Assembly: GCF_006345805.1 (NCBI RefSeq)
Contig: NW_021832430.1
Location: 310,001-374,000, forward strand
Direction of reading: 5' to 3'
From: Octopus sinensis
Lineage: Eukaryota
Length of the DNA: 64,000 nucleotides
Below the pieces are notes generated by a model, which was given only the letters and a program-made list of their open reading frames with translations, was not told the origin of the DNA and did not search any database. Position 1 is the first letter of the stretch. Each line of letters starts with the position of its first letter. This document shows positions 34,564 to 47,900 of this stretch, piece after piece. The translations under genes were made by a program, and so were the position numbers.

Positions 34564-35573
34564 TCAGTTTATATAAACCTGCCTTTGAAGATCCTTATTT
34601 GGTTTATGCGGTTCATTAATAACCTATCCAATATACCACCAATCACACCTCTTCAGTCTTCCCTCCAAATAACACTCTCCACTGTTCAGGGATGTTACAT
34701 TTCGCACCAAATGTGACCTGAGTGCAATATTCCGGCGACCACTGGAATGGCAACAACCCTTCCTCTGACAAATACAGTCATCACGTCATACCCTTAGAAA
34801 AGCCCGCCGAACAATGTTGGGTTGCCACCCTCGCATTGCTGTCATACACAATCGAGGCTGTGCACTTTACATCCTTCTAATTCACATAATAAAATCTACC
34901 TCATTTACAAATTCAACACAAGAAGCTTTTTCATTGTTTTTAAACTAGAAAATAATTTATTTAAATATTAATAATTTTAAATTAATATAAAATACTTTAA
35001 TGTTGGTAGAAACATTCTTCGGTTGAATCGACGTGGTGATCTCCAACTCAATGTCAGAGATGTCGGAAACATCAAAGTCATCAGAGGAAAACTCATCTCT
35101 ATACAACATCAAATCGTTACACCCAACTTTTGCCGTTTTTTGAGTCTATAAGCCTCCGGAACAACATATTCTCCCTCCTCTCTCCTATTTGATGGTGTAA
35201 ATACGAGTCCATCGAGCTTAAATATATCCTCGAAGTCACCTTAGTGTCGTCATCTTGTCTTTTTTGTCTCATTTGAGTATTCTTTGGCATTTGATTCGTA
35301 GGTGGAGGTCTTTGAGTGGCCACACGGACTACTTTTGTAGGCACCTGCTCTGTTTGAAGTTCGCTTGTGGGCTTGGCCTTCTTTTTTCCGTATTCTTGCC
35401 ATTGTGTCTTATCAAATTAGAGGAACTTGGCATACAGTGCCCTCTCTTATGGCGGATATGGCTTTGGAAACCATCTGCTGATTGTTGTTAAGGGAGTTAA
35501 TTGCTGTTGCTTCTGTACATCCAGTTTGTTTCATTACTTGTTTTACTTGTTCGGAGAAAGCAGAGCTGTCCAT
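34564..35573 (-). CDS. Small UBAP2/lingerer-like UBA-domain protein, about 7 short introns
   Basis: EQVKQVMKQTGCTEATAINSLNNNQQMVSKAISAIREG|TQWQEYGKKK resembles the UBAP2L UBA plus W..VGKKK motif. GT-AG introns of 23-28 nt (one about 53 nt) give a continuous frame to TGA at 34564. Confidence 0.6.
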
Positions 35574-36499
35574 TTGTCAGTCAAAGTCTATTTTGGGTAT
35601 TAATAAAGGTATGTATTCTAATATATAACTACAACACAAAGCAATGTTACACGTTTTAGATAATCTATTTATTTGTAAATTAAAAATATATTTTTACAAA
35701 CGAATTCTTTTAGAATTATCGAGAGTAGTGAATATATTGTATATTTCAGAAAGTTTTGCAGGAACCACTACAAGTAGTTTTTTTGAAAAAAGGTCTAATT
35801 TTCCAGAAATTTCTACGTGGATTTGTTGATCTTTCCAAGTTTTAAAATAATGATTTTGAATATCTTTTTGAGCCAGACACATTGATTTTTACAACTTCTT
35901 CATTTTTAAGCTCTGGAATAGAGTTTTGTTAAAGGGTAAATGTTCATTTCCTTTATGTGAATTGAATTGTCGAATTATTAATTTTTGAATAACTTAATCG
36001 AAATACCATCGAGATAAGTACTACTTTCACTTTAGAGCAAAATATACGTTCAATTACAAAAAGTTGAACAAGAATCAGATCATCCGCCGGTCTCTCAAAA
36101 CAGCAGGCTTCCACTACTCCATTGTATTAAGTATTAGTTTCCTTTTTATTTCTTTAAGAGTAAACCTGGCTTTTCTAAAGCACAAATAGATTCAATGTAA
36201 AATTTATTTTTCTATGACCAATTTTTTTCTTGCCATTAAAAACATTCAAAAGCAATTAAAAAGATATAGCATTGAAATATTTAATAGGCCTAAATTCTAA
36301 TCATAAGATGTTTTCAATACATTATGCATACGGGAAATCAAATTATACTTATCCTGGTTACAACACCTTTTTTACTTTGCTTTTAGAAATCGTTGTTTAT
36401 TGAATTAGAAATAGGATAAATTTTTTTAAGGTAATGTCTGATTTTGAAGATATTTATGAATTCTTAACAAGCAACTTTAATCATATATTCGCTGTCTAG

Positions 36500-37012
36500 T
36501 TTTTTGACATCTGTCTTAAGGTTAATCGCGGATCTTCTATCTATTTGCACAAATTTTCGACGTGTAACTCTGATAATATCAACTTCTGACCACATCTGTG
36601 TAGATTCGAAAAAGATTTCCACTTCGGATCCAAGTATAAGGAGTCTGTTACACGCAATTGAACGAACAGCAAGCAGTTTCCAAATGCAAAACTATTTGTT
36701 AACGTCAGTGGATTTCCTTCAGTACTAAAACCAGTTGGGTTAGATCGTGGTGATGGAAAAAGTCCTGGCAAGTCTACATTTTTCCCATTCCTAGATGGGA
36801 TTTGCCCTCATATGGGATGTAAACCCGTGCCGACTCGTTTTCCTCATCATCGCTCATAGAGTTTGCTTCTTGCCCTGGATCTATCTCCGCTCTTGTTAAA
36901 GCTAAAAAATCGCAAAGAATGCTTCCTCAGTCGACAATTGTTGCTTCGACCCCCAGGCTTTCAAAACCAGTGGAGTAATTAACCCAAAAGCTCTCAAACT
37001 CCTCCTAAATTG
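36500..37012 (+). mobile_element. Degenerate CRE-like CCHC/RLE remnant
   Basis: GFPSVLKPVGLDRGDGKSPG, KTSGVINPKALKLL; an additional small piece at about 36070-36125. Confidence 0.7.
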
Positions 37013-37876
37013 GCACGTGAAAAATGGGTCTACTGGTTTTAACTAAAGATACTTTGTCAAAAATCAAAAAATACAAAGAATCCCAGAATTTGGATGAAGT
37101 TTTCGACAAGAAGGAGAGATATAAAGTCAAACAACATGCAGAAACCTTTTCTTTTGCTGATGGAAAAGCTTATATACGAAGAAATGGCCTAAAACTACGA
37201 TTTTTTTGTATTGAAGACGCAGAACTAAAATTACTAATGATTGAAGTATTGGTTGTATCATCTAAAAATAGTCCGAGCATAATTCTAATCATTTTGGAAG
37301 AGATCGAATGATTAGTCATCTGAAGACAAGGATCTATGGTGTTAGTCGTTCTGAAATATTGCAAGTTATCAATAACTGCGTCTTTTGTCAGGTAAAAACA
37401 TTAAAATTTATTTATAGTCCAAAAAATTAATGAAAAACAAACGGAAATGTAAATTCGACGAAAAGGTTGTTTATCACGTGTTATAATGCGGATTAAGGTG
37501 GGGGATAATGTTCTATTACGGCAAGATATTGATGCTAAAAATAGAAATTATCCATTATATGATCAAATTGATACGAAAAAATATAAAGTTATTGCCAAAG
37601 AAAATATAAATTTTGATATTCAAGATGAAGAAGGATTTGTCGTAAAAGGGACAAATATCGCGAGACTTTATAAAATTGAGTAATGTTTTTGTTTATAAAA
37701 AATAAGGCTTGTGTTAAAATAAGGGTTAAGGATATTTTGGGGTTAGGGATAGGGATAAGGTTAGGGATAAGGTTAGGGTTAGGGATAAGGTTGGGGTTAG
37801 GGATAAGGTTAGGGTTAGGGAGAAGGTTGAAGTTAGGTTAGCTTTTGGGATAAAGTTGAGATTTTATCACGCGACA
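37011..37876 (+). mobile_element. Internally deleted Ginger-like element (HHCC and C-terminus retained, rve core lost), two 26-nt introns
   Basis: Splicing 37246-37271 and 37392-37417 gives SEHNSNHFGRDRM...CVFCQ. RIKVGDNVLL matches ITIGDNVTI of the first Ginger. Right end TTTTATCACGCGACA; left end degenerate. Confidence 0.72.
37741..37838 (+). repeat. Telomere-like hexamer array (GGTTAG interspersed with GGATAA/GGATAG)
   Basis: About 16 in-phase hexamers, partly as an 18-nt GGTTAGGGTTAGGGATAA unit. Confidence 0.9.
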
Positions 37877-38453
37877 AAAATAAAAATGTATTTTTATCAC
37901 GGAATAATACTTTTTGTGTTTTTTTATGTAATTTTTATTTAAAAAAATATAAATAGTTTTAATTTTTTTCGACTGGTAATCCAAATAGCAATTAAATATT
38001 TAAAGTTCAACGGCGTTAATAACGAATGTTGGAGTATGTTGGTTTTGTACAAGAAAGAAATTTCAGTAAATTGGAATCTATCTGCATTTTAGGGTTAAAC
38101 TTTAACTATTTAATAATTTTAGATATAGATAAAGCGATTTAGTCGATTTTTAGGGCGGTCCAAGGAGATGCCGGGTGCCCAGCAAAAACCGGTGACACAG
38201 AATACTATAATGATGTACTGTCTGTTCAAAAAAAACGTGACACTTGAAAATGTATGTTTATTTAAATGTTTGTGATTTTTTGTTAAAAATTTTCAAGGAA
38301 AACTAAATTTTAAATTCCTTTATATACACAATTCAATTTTTATTTTTGTCACGATCGGCTAAATTTCCAAAGTAACAACGTATTCCAAATAATCTTTGTT
38401 TAAAAAATTAGTATTCCTTGGAAATTTTTAAAAATAAATCACAAAAATTTTTT

Positions 38454-38723
38454 TCAATTTATATCAATGTATGTAAAGAAGAAGAACTGATGGCGATCCT
38501 GTTTCCCCTCACTATTGCTTGGGACACGTTCTGGAGGAGCCATCTCGTCTCCAGAGGATTGTGTGTTCTCAAGGTCTTGAGACGTCCAATACACTTGAGG
38601 AAGCACAATCACAAAAATTAAAAACAAAATAAGGAAAGATAAATATTGTGCCAAAGCACTAAAAATCATTTTATTTAAAACAAGAGTTAGAATACAAAAT
38701 ATTTTATACACGAAATCGATCAT
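38454..38723 (-). CDS. Possible small single-pass membrane protein
   Basis: Hydrophobic stretch followed by a GC-richer hydrophilic tail; no recognised homology. Confidence 0.25.
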   Translation of the reverse strand: MIDFVYKIFCILTLVLNKMIFSALAQYLSFLILFLIFVIVLPQVYWTSQDLENTQSSGDEMAPPERVPSNSEGKQDRHQFFFFTYIDIN

Positions 38724-39082
38724 TTACTCATTTAAATAAATGTGTGCAACCCCTTATTGGGGCGACCCTAGATGCCCCAAAAAGAGGTTAGACTGTAATA
38801 ATAAATAATGAAAATATTTAATTCAATAAAAAATGTATTGTTTTCTGTGAAGCCGCAAAATAATTAGAAGAAATTTAAAAAAGAAAGAAATTCACTTAAT
38901 GGGCTTTAATATTTTTGAAACAACGTAGAAAACTAGAAATTTGTGTTTTTTTTTATTTATTAAGCTTACTTAAATTAAGCACATTTATAAAAATGCCCTA
39001 ACTATAAACTAATAGTAGGCGGTTCATATTAAAATTCATAGATCCATAAATAATCAAAATATTATATCTGTAAATGATGTAT

Positions 39083-40291
39083 CTACGGCTGGGAACTGTC
39101 CGTACTGGCAAAATCTAGTAAATACTTTGAGCACAAAAACCTTCGTTAGATTCAGAGCAAAGCTTGACGTATTCCCCAAACACTATTATTTCACATTAAA
39201 TAATTACAAATATCCTTTATTTGTAAGCCAAACGATTTGATAACAAACACAGCGTGCACAATGAGGATCACTCTGAAGAGCAGTGCCATTACAACAAGAA
39301 TTACGTATGAAATATAAATATACTTGGTCCCAGGAACATTGTAGTAAGCCACCTACATCTCAAAAATGAGCAAATCATACAGCTGCGTATATTAGATACC
39401 CGAACTCGAGGTAGGCGAGTGAAAACAAGACATATAAACATTTTCTACTCTCAAATCGAATCTAATTCCAAATTAAATCCCTTAAAGTAAAAAACAGCTA
39501 AAAATCCAGACAAGTAGACGCCAAAGTTTATTATAAGGCCAGCACTGATCGCAGTGATCGAGAACAGTCTATTCTGGTCTGATATGTCGTACATGAGGAC
39601 GAGGACATTAAGCTAAAACTCTAAAATTATTGAAACCGTCAACTGTAAGTCCATATTGAGAAGTGAATTAAAGGAATCGAGAATTTGGTAGGCTTCTATT
39701 GATTAGTAAAGACAAAACAACTTATTCGCTCTTTCATTGCTCCAATCGTGGTAAAGGCGAACTTGCCAAATTTCCGCGGAATCCAAACTGCCATCACGAT
39801 TATGAAAGGTCCCAGCAATGCACAGGAGATTAACCTTCCCAGATTATAAGCAGCTTGTTGTAATCAAGGTTAGTTACCGTCCGTGCTGTTGGGGATGATG
39901 TAGTGTATTATAACATAGATTATGACAACCAGGACTGATAATGCAAGGGCGTATAATTCGAATTTCCGTTCACGGAATATTCCGTTGACTGAATAGAAGA
40001 GGGTAAATACTTTATGTAAATATTATAAAAAACTACCGAGGTTGATAACGAGCATAACGGCGAGCCGGATGTCATTTTTGTTTTCTATTGTTGGTGACTT
40101 TAAACTGAGAATATGTACAATTCGGAATAACGCGACGACGAGAGCTCCGGAATTGCAAATAAAGTTGAACGCTAGAAAGGCCCATTCGTGCCTTTTTATC
40201 GTCCGGATTGCTCGAAACTATTTTTAGTTGTTTTCTATGTAAATACTTTGCCGAAAATATAAATTGCTTCAGACTTGTAAAATAAATCCAT
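39083..40291 (-). CDS. Multipass membrane protein of unknown function, about 9 short introns
   Basis: By-eye splicing gives MDLFYK...RHEWAFLAF...GIFRERKFELYAL...IRFESRKCL...VIKSFGLQIKD with about 8 hydrophobic segments. Pattern loosely recalls UPF0658-like proteins (unverified). Confidence 0.65.
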
Positions 40292-40630
40292 AAATTAGGA
40301 CACGATATTGAAATAACAAACGTATTTAAATCTTTTATTGATTAGCTAAATTGAAATAATTTTATTTTATATTTTAAATAACAAAAATAAATTTATTTTT
40401 CTGAAAAATTATTCAGAATTTGTCAATGTGGCCTAACATCACATGAACCTTTAACATTAACACCGGACTGCTATCAATATAATAATTAAAAAAAACTTGA
40501 AATGCTATCTTTTAGCAAAAAAACGTTATCCTAAGGTTAAATCTGTATAATCAAATTATTATTATATTAATTAAAAAATATTTTAATATACATTTAAAAT
40601 AATATTTAATACGCAATTTATATCTTCGTA

Positions 40631-41202
40631 ATGAACCCTACAATGCGTCGCCTTTTACGTGACCTTGCAAGGTAATGTGAAATCTTTAATAAATAATAGA
40701 ATCGAAAACGATTTTAAACAAGATATAAGTGCGACGCCAACGGAACAAGATTTCTACGTTTGGGACGCCATTATTTGTGGGTAAAAACAACATAGACAAA
40801 TTTAGACCAAAAGATACTGCATTTGTCAACGGAATATTCAAATTGAAACTGACATTTACTTCAGAATACCCCAACAAACCCCCCAAAGTCAAGTTTGTCA
40901 CAAAAATGTTTCACCCTAACGGTACAGCTGTTGAGTCAGTTTTAGTTTATGCCGACGGGAACATTTGTTTGGATATTTTAAATTCAAAGTGGAGTCCTAC
41001 TTTTGACGTGGGGGCTATTTTGACGTCTATTCAGTCTCTCCTGGACGACCCCTTTATTCAAAGTCCAGCCAATTATCAGGCAGCGACTCTTTATACACAG
41101 AACAAGAGGGAGTACAACAAAATAGTCTCTGAGCTGATTGAGTCTAACCTCACTCCATGCGAAGAAGAGTCTGAAAACGAGGATGAACAAGTCGACTCCT
41201 AA
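40631..41202 (+). CDS. UBE2A: RAD6/UBE2A-type ubiquitin-conjugating enzyme E2, introns of 28, 25 and 24 nt
   Basis: [24 protein letters not shown]|[33 protein letters not shown], acidic tail. Introns 40672-40699, 40781-40805, 40922-40945. Confidence 0.92.
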
Positions 41203-41353
41203 AAATGATTTTTATTAATTAATTTTTAATGAATTAACAAATTTCCATGAAACTTTAGTTTTTAATTATAAAAAATAAGAAATAATGAAATTATTTTTGT
41301 AATATAAAATATTTTTTGTAATAATTGTATCCATAACAATTATTACTAAAGAA

Positions 41354-43119
41354 ATGAGCGTCTCTAAAGAAAACTATACTTTACGTCAAGCTGAGAAATT
41401 TGCCAAAGCCAAATCGTTTTTGCAAAAAAGTTCATCAAAAAATGGAGCAAACTTGTAATCTAAATTACTTGCAAACATGACTAGATACGATCACTTATCT
41501 GCAATTGTCACCAAAGTTCTCCACGAAAGAATTGACGATGCCGTTGACCTTCTTGAAGATTTGAGCAGAAAAATCAAGAAAAGCAAATTCCGACCTGAGA
41601 CCGATTCAATCATTGATAAAATTGATCGATCGAGTGAAGTTGCTCTGGCAGAAGTGCAGTTGCCACTCTTTAAGGCTTGAAAAATACGTTATTTTAGGAA
41701 GATGACGAGGTTGAGCCCGATGAAGATTCCGAATCCATTTTGAACAACCTGATGGAGTCTTTCTACTACTTTGAACAAATCGGAGTTGGCTTTGGGCGGG
41801 AAGAATCTACAAAAATTTGTTTAGCCATGAAAAAACTGACGGAAGAATATCCTCTCCGATCGGCAACTTTTTGGGGGAAAATATTTGGTCTGGAACAAAA
41901 CTATTACATTGCCGAAGCCGAGTTTAAGGAAGGTGAAGAAGAAGAGGAAGAAGTATTATTTTTTTACGTTTATACAGGAATTCGAATTGGAAAGTGTTAG
42001 GGCTGAAGAAAACGAGGAAAACTCCGAAGGTGCCCACGTCTAGTTATTTTGTAGAAGAAAAGGCGGAAGATGAGCCTCCAAAGTCTCAATATAAACCTCT
42101 ACCAAAACCTCCGGCAGAGTTACCCAGGACGGGGGTCAACAAAAAAACATATTTTGTCTGCAATGACCGTATTTCTCATATTTTCCATTTATTTGTTAAG
42201 CTGGAAAAAGGTGGTCCAAACTACCGAATGTGACCCCTGAACAAATCCAAATTTCACGCAAAATACAAAAATATTTCAGTGGAACTCTCAACAGCCCGGT
42301 CGTTTCATATCCTGAGTTCCCTGGGAATGAGGCTGAGTATCTCCGAGCCCAAATAGCACGGATCACTGCAGGAACAATGATCTCTCCGCTCGGATTTTAC
42401 CATTTTGAAGAGGAGGAAGAGGAAGAGGAAGAAACTGGAGGTATCTTAAAGTCTAATTTGAATTAAGCACGTGAAAATTTTATCGAGAATCAAGACTTTG
42501 AGGGGATCCCTGCAATTGAACTGATCGACAAGACGATGGCAAACTGGGTCCATCATGTTTCTCATATCCTTCCTCAGGTTGGAATAATGTCTAAATCCTA
42601 AGGGGAGGACCGTTTGGTGGAATCCTGTTCAAAAGGCGGAAGAAAATGATGACGAGGAAAATGAAGAAGAGGAGGCAGAGGAAATTGAAGAGCAAGAACC
42701 GGAAGTCGGACCCCCCATATTGACCCCGTTATCTGAAGATGCTGATATTGATATGATGCAAGCGTGGTCCTCAAGATTGCATGTCAACTTTTTACCTCAG
42801 TTTTCGATTGCTTCAATCCATTCCAATCTTTGGCCCGGTGCTGTCAGCTATGGGGCAGGAAAGTATTCAATTTGATTATTATTCCAGAAAATTTGGAAAT
42901 ATATACATTGGATATGGACATAAATACTCATCTCAGAATTATTCCCCGCCTCCTCTACCACCAATTATGGAAGAGTTCCAGATAGGACCTGAAATTAGTG
43001 AAATCGAAGACCCAACAGTAGAAGAAGAAGCCGCTTTCCGTGCCGCTCAGCAAGAAGCAGAAGAAGCAATTGATGAACTTGAGGAAGAGGAGGAAGAAGA
43101 AGAGGAGGACGAAGACTAA
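41354..43119 (+). CDS. RSPH4A: Radial spoke head protein RSPH4/6-like, 8 introns of 23-32 nt
   Basis: NL|[71 protein letters not shown], acidic tail. Confidence 0.92.
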
Positions 43120-44227
43120 TTTAATAGTTAACTATTCTAATGAAATTGTTCTTTCTAAAATAACCAAATTAATAATTCGTCTTCATAAAGGAAAACAGTA
43201 ATATTTAGGTATTTTAAAACTTACCATAACAGTCTTCTTTGTCCTTACTATGTGACACGATGACTTGTGTCCTTCTGAGATAACGGTTTTTTCCTCTACA
43301 TGTGCAAGTAGGTGCTGATATCTATTTTCGTGCTTTCTAAAGTCTTTCAAAAACAGATTTGATATCTTCTCTGATAATTTTCAATATTCACATTGAAAAG
43401 TCAAAATTTTACTACAGAATATGAAATGTATTAATTGTGTGTCACTTGTACTCCATTGAATTAAAAATAATTTTATATTATAAAAGACATTATTCAATTC
43501 CAATTCGTTATAAGTGATTATTTTGTTAAATCATCATCCTCTTCGTGCGAAACTGTAAGTAGAAGAATGCTGTAAAAATTATGTCTATTTTTAAGCTTGA
43601 TTAACAAAAATTTTGACCAGATGTGTCTACCTGACGATCTGTTTGAGATAGCAGATGTAAATATTTAAATTGCTCAAATACATTTTTTAATGAAACTACA
43701 AATATTTAGATATTGTTAGAAAATAAAGTATTGTAAATTTCTCTTTTTTCTATTGGTTTATCAAGAGCAATTGTTGGCTGAACTATTTTAATAATTTCAT
43801 CTTCCGAATCCATATAAGCGAACTAAATTAATTTAGAAAACAACAAATAACTGATATTGATGAATGATTCAATAAAAAAATTAATGATAGAATAATAAGT
43901 TTCATTGTAATTTTGCCGCATTTATCGAAATAAAAAGCAAATAGTGTGCGTATAGATAAATCAATATTATCATAGCATTTTATAAAAATAAAAAAATTTT
44001 GAATGAAATTTTTCGTCAAGTGTCCACTTGATTCACTTCTCTTTCCTTTGGCAATTAATGAAATTGTTTGCTCAGTGAAACCGAACTTCTGATATCTTGA
44101 TGATACCACGATTGTAAAGGCCGTGGAGAAAAGTCTTTTACGTCATGTCACATGTCGTTTATGTACTGCGAAAACTTGGATTTAATATAAATATAATCTT
44201 AGCGGCTGAGATTCTTTTCAGTTGAGT

Positions 44228-44800
44228 TTATTTTGGAGGGTGATTGTTGAGGATATTGTTTGCGGTTAGTGCGTTCAAGGAAGATTTAGTTATTAGTTCT
44301 TTTATTTCCGATAGTTTTTGTTGGAGAATGAGCTTAGGATACGGCAGTAGTAGAGTGCTGGTGTGTTTTTGATGTTCCTGACAGGGGTTGGTGTTGTCGT
44401 GAGATTGTGACTTGGGTGGTTTTTGATCATACTCGCAGAGGCAAAGAATTGGGTTCCATAGATGTCGAAATGGTCTGCAAGTTTGATCATGTTGGTTTCC
44501 TGATGCATATGGTCGGTTGGAGTAGACTTTATACAACTAGTAATGATTTTGAGTGCTTGGTTTTGGATTGATTGTAACTTCTGAAGGAGTTTTTTTGACA
44601 GCGGAGGCGCCCGTGATGGACTTGCGTAGTACAATGTTGGAAGAATGTATTGTTTGTATAGGATTATGAAGCATTCCTTGTTTTGTCCAGTCTGTTCCAG
44701 TGAGTGAGCGGAGGGCATTCATTTTGCATTTCCATTTGTGAATCAGGTTTTCAATGTGTTGGCGAAATGATAAAGAGGTATTGTACGTTATCACGACTAT
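44228..44800 (-). mobile_element. Jockey/I-like LINE post-RT fragment
   Basis: LSFRQHIENL...NALRSLTGTDW, LYKQYILPTLYYAS, LQSIQNQALKIIT, LHQET-type motif. Confidence 0.8.
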
Positions 44801-44959
44801 TTTGACTGTTTTTGTGTGGGGAATTTGAATATTTTTAGTTCTGATTGTCGGAGTGAAATTGTGTTAGAGTGATCGAGTTATACAGGGTATCAATGAATGA
44901 TTTTCGGTTGAGGTTGGTGACGCATCTCAAATTGCACTAATGTCTTTTTCACTCTTTTC

Positions 44960-47900
44960 AATTTCTCTGTTCACGCTAGCATCCTTCAACGTTTGGGAGC
45001 TGAAGTCGTCGGTCAAAAGGAGGTCACTCTGCTAGGATCTGAAAAGATACAACATCACTATCTGCTGCCTGCAAGAAACCAAATTCAAAAAAAGACTTAA
45101 CGAACAAAATGCTGACCATGAGCTTATCTTGCTTCTTTCGAACTGTCACAACTACGAAATGGGGTTCGCGGTGGATATCAAAGTTCGGGAATATATAAAA
45201 AGAATATAGAAAGTGAATGACAGAATCTGCGTAATTCAATTGGAAACTGGATCTAAACCGACAATTACAATTATAAATGTATATGCGGCTACTTCTCCAA
45301 AAGTCTCTAAAAACCGAACGGAACTGGATGACTTTTACAGTTCACTATGTACGACCCTTATGGAAATATCCACGAGCTATCAACTTTACATAAGTAGAGA
45401 TTGGAACGCGAAGATCGGAAAAGGAACCAAAGAACTGAGCTTCATGGTTACCCATGGGAGAGGTCGAAGGAACATGTCTGGGGCAACTATGGCCAACTTC
45501 GTGATCAATAAACAATTATTTTATTTTTTTTGACACGTCAATTTTTTTTAAATGGAAAAGAAATCATCAAAAAAAAACTAGCTACTATGAACTGGCTCGC
45601 AGGATTGAAAAACAATTCCCGCGTAAAACAAGGCCCGTTGGTTCCAAGATACAAGGGAAACCAGCTCTTTCCAGAGCTTTCTGAATTAGATTGTTGATTT
45701 CGGTGTGCCGAGGAAATCGGCCGGCGCTCATTCGACAAGACAGAGGATGTAGCCCAAAGGCGTCAACTTTATCCCCACAACGACATGGGTGAGGTCTGCA
45801 AACAGGGAGTCCAAGGCGATTACAGATACCCAGACGGAGTGAATCCCTATCGAGGACAGTATCCAAAAGCGGAGAAGGGAGAACATTCAGCCAGGAGCCT
45901 GAGTATGGCTGACAGGCGGATCGGAAACAAGCCAGTCTGTGTTGGTCGAGGAGTGGTTCCAAGTCAGTTGAAGATCGACGGCAAAGAATTTTGTCCCAGT
46001 CTCGCTGAGAAAAGACATCGGAAGGGACTTCAGAGAAATTACGTTTCCAAAAAGCGAGGGCCGAATTAATATCAGAGTCCAACGATGATTCAGTAGTTTT
46101 TTCCAGAATCTTTTGGACAAGAAGATATGATCCAGACGCCGAAGAAAGAAAGGCAGGAAGAGCCAAATCCATACTAGAACGGAGGCCCAGACCCCCGTGA
46201 CTCACAAGAAGTTTAGCCTGACACCAGGCAATATCGTCGAAATGCACATTGAGAATTTTCTCCGCAGACCTCCGAACCAAGGAATCATAAGATTCCAGCA
46301 TTTGGGTTGCATAAAAACAAGGTGAGCTCCTCAGGATATAAACAATTTTTGGGATCAAAAGATAGTTCTTGAGGATGTAAAATGAAGGATGAGGATCAAT
46401 GACAGAAAGTTTTTCACAGAGATGCGATAAGATTTTTCTTGGCAAGGAGGATTCGAGTAGCTGAGTCGGCGAGAATCGGTGACCTCAGAATTTCCAGATC
46501 AGACAGAGGTGTCTGCCTCAACTCAGGAAGGAGTTTGCAAAAAAGAGAGAAAGAGTTCTTAAACAGGGATGGCTCAACAGAGAGATTGACAATCTCGGAC
46601 TTGCTGGAATTAATAACCAGACCAATGTCGGATAAAGCCGGAATTAGTCTGGCTAAGTCCTTTAGCAAAACATCAGGCGGACCGTCCAGGGTGCAATCGT
46701 CGAGATACCAAAGATTAAGGGGCGATTCATTAACGCGGGCAATGGCATCCACTGCAAGAGCGAACAGTAATGGGCCCAAAAGATCACCCTGTTGGACGCC
46801 ACAGGACGAAGAAATGAAAGAATTACCGGTGATTAAAAGTGATGGAAGCGAGTACGAAAGCGAAATAAAGGGAAGTAAGTGTGGAACACGGTCTTGACAG
46901 ACCTCCAACATATGACCACGGTCCAGAGAATTGAAAGCATTAGTTACATCCAGTTTCAATAAGGCAAGGGGAATATTGAAACGAGTAGAACCGTGAATAA
47001 AACAACGACAGGCATGGACAGAAGACTCGCAACCGCCAGGAACACCCACACCCAACTGAATGGGCTGCAGTTGCTCGCCAATAGAAGGAATAACGGACTT
47101 GCAACAGACTTTCGCAAATAAACGGCGAAAGACATTTCCAACATCAATAGGCCTGATACCGCCATCTTTCCTGCCCAAGGCCGTAAGATTCGCGGAAAAG
47201 AACAAAATTCTAGCATGGTCAGAAATTTTGCCGCTCAGGAATAAATTGCACAAGTTAGTGCAAGCATTCAAGAGGCGATTCCCGGTATCCCCATTGGCGG
47301 AAATTCAGTCTCTCAAATGAATAGGGCGGAGACCGTCGATACCTCCACTACTGTTACCCCTAAAGGAGTTTAAGGCGTCCAAAAGTTGTTTGGAAGAAAC
47401 AGAAAAGGGAAAACAGGGCGGTTGGGCCACATCAAAAGTTACTGGTTTTCCAATAGGGTGCTTTTCCTTGAGAATGCGAACAACATCGGGGGTGATTGTA
47501 CGGACAGAATCAGAAGATGACAAGAGACGAACAGCCGCGCTGACATCATGCGACATTAAGCAGGAGTTAATCCGAGACCGTAAACGTTTAGAACCGTCCT
47601 TCGACGAGGGCTTAGCGGTAGAAGGTAAATGAGAGGGAGACGGAGCGAAAGAGCCATTCATAAACTGACTCATATTCTTTTTCAAAAGAGAAACAAAGGA
47701 GGCACCGGCAACGGGGCGACGAGCAGGGGAGCCCAACGCAAAAGTTGGGAAAAGGAATAAACGATTCCAATTATGAATGGATGGATCGGAAATGACAGAC
47801 TCAATTAAAGAAGAAAGGTTTAGGGCCACCGAAATACGGGCTGTTGAATATTTAATCACTGTTGAAAATGATATGAAGCAGCGTTTCAAATATTTGTGCG

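Noticed and set aside
37741-37838. True chromosome end or CRISPR-like array
   Set aside because: Flanked by ordinary sequence on both sides; hexamer units with no repeat-spacer structure.
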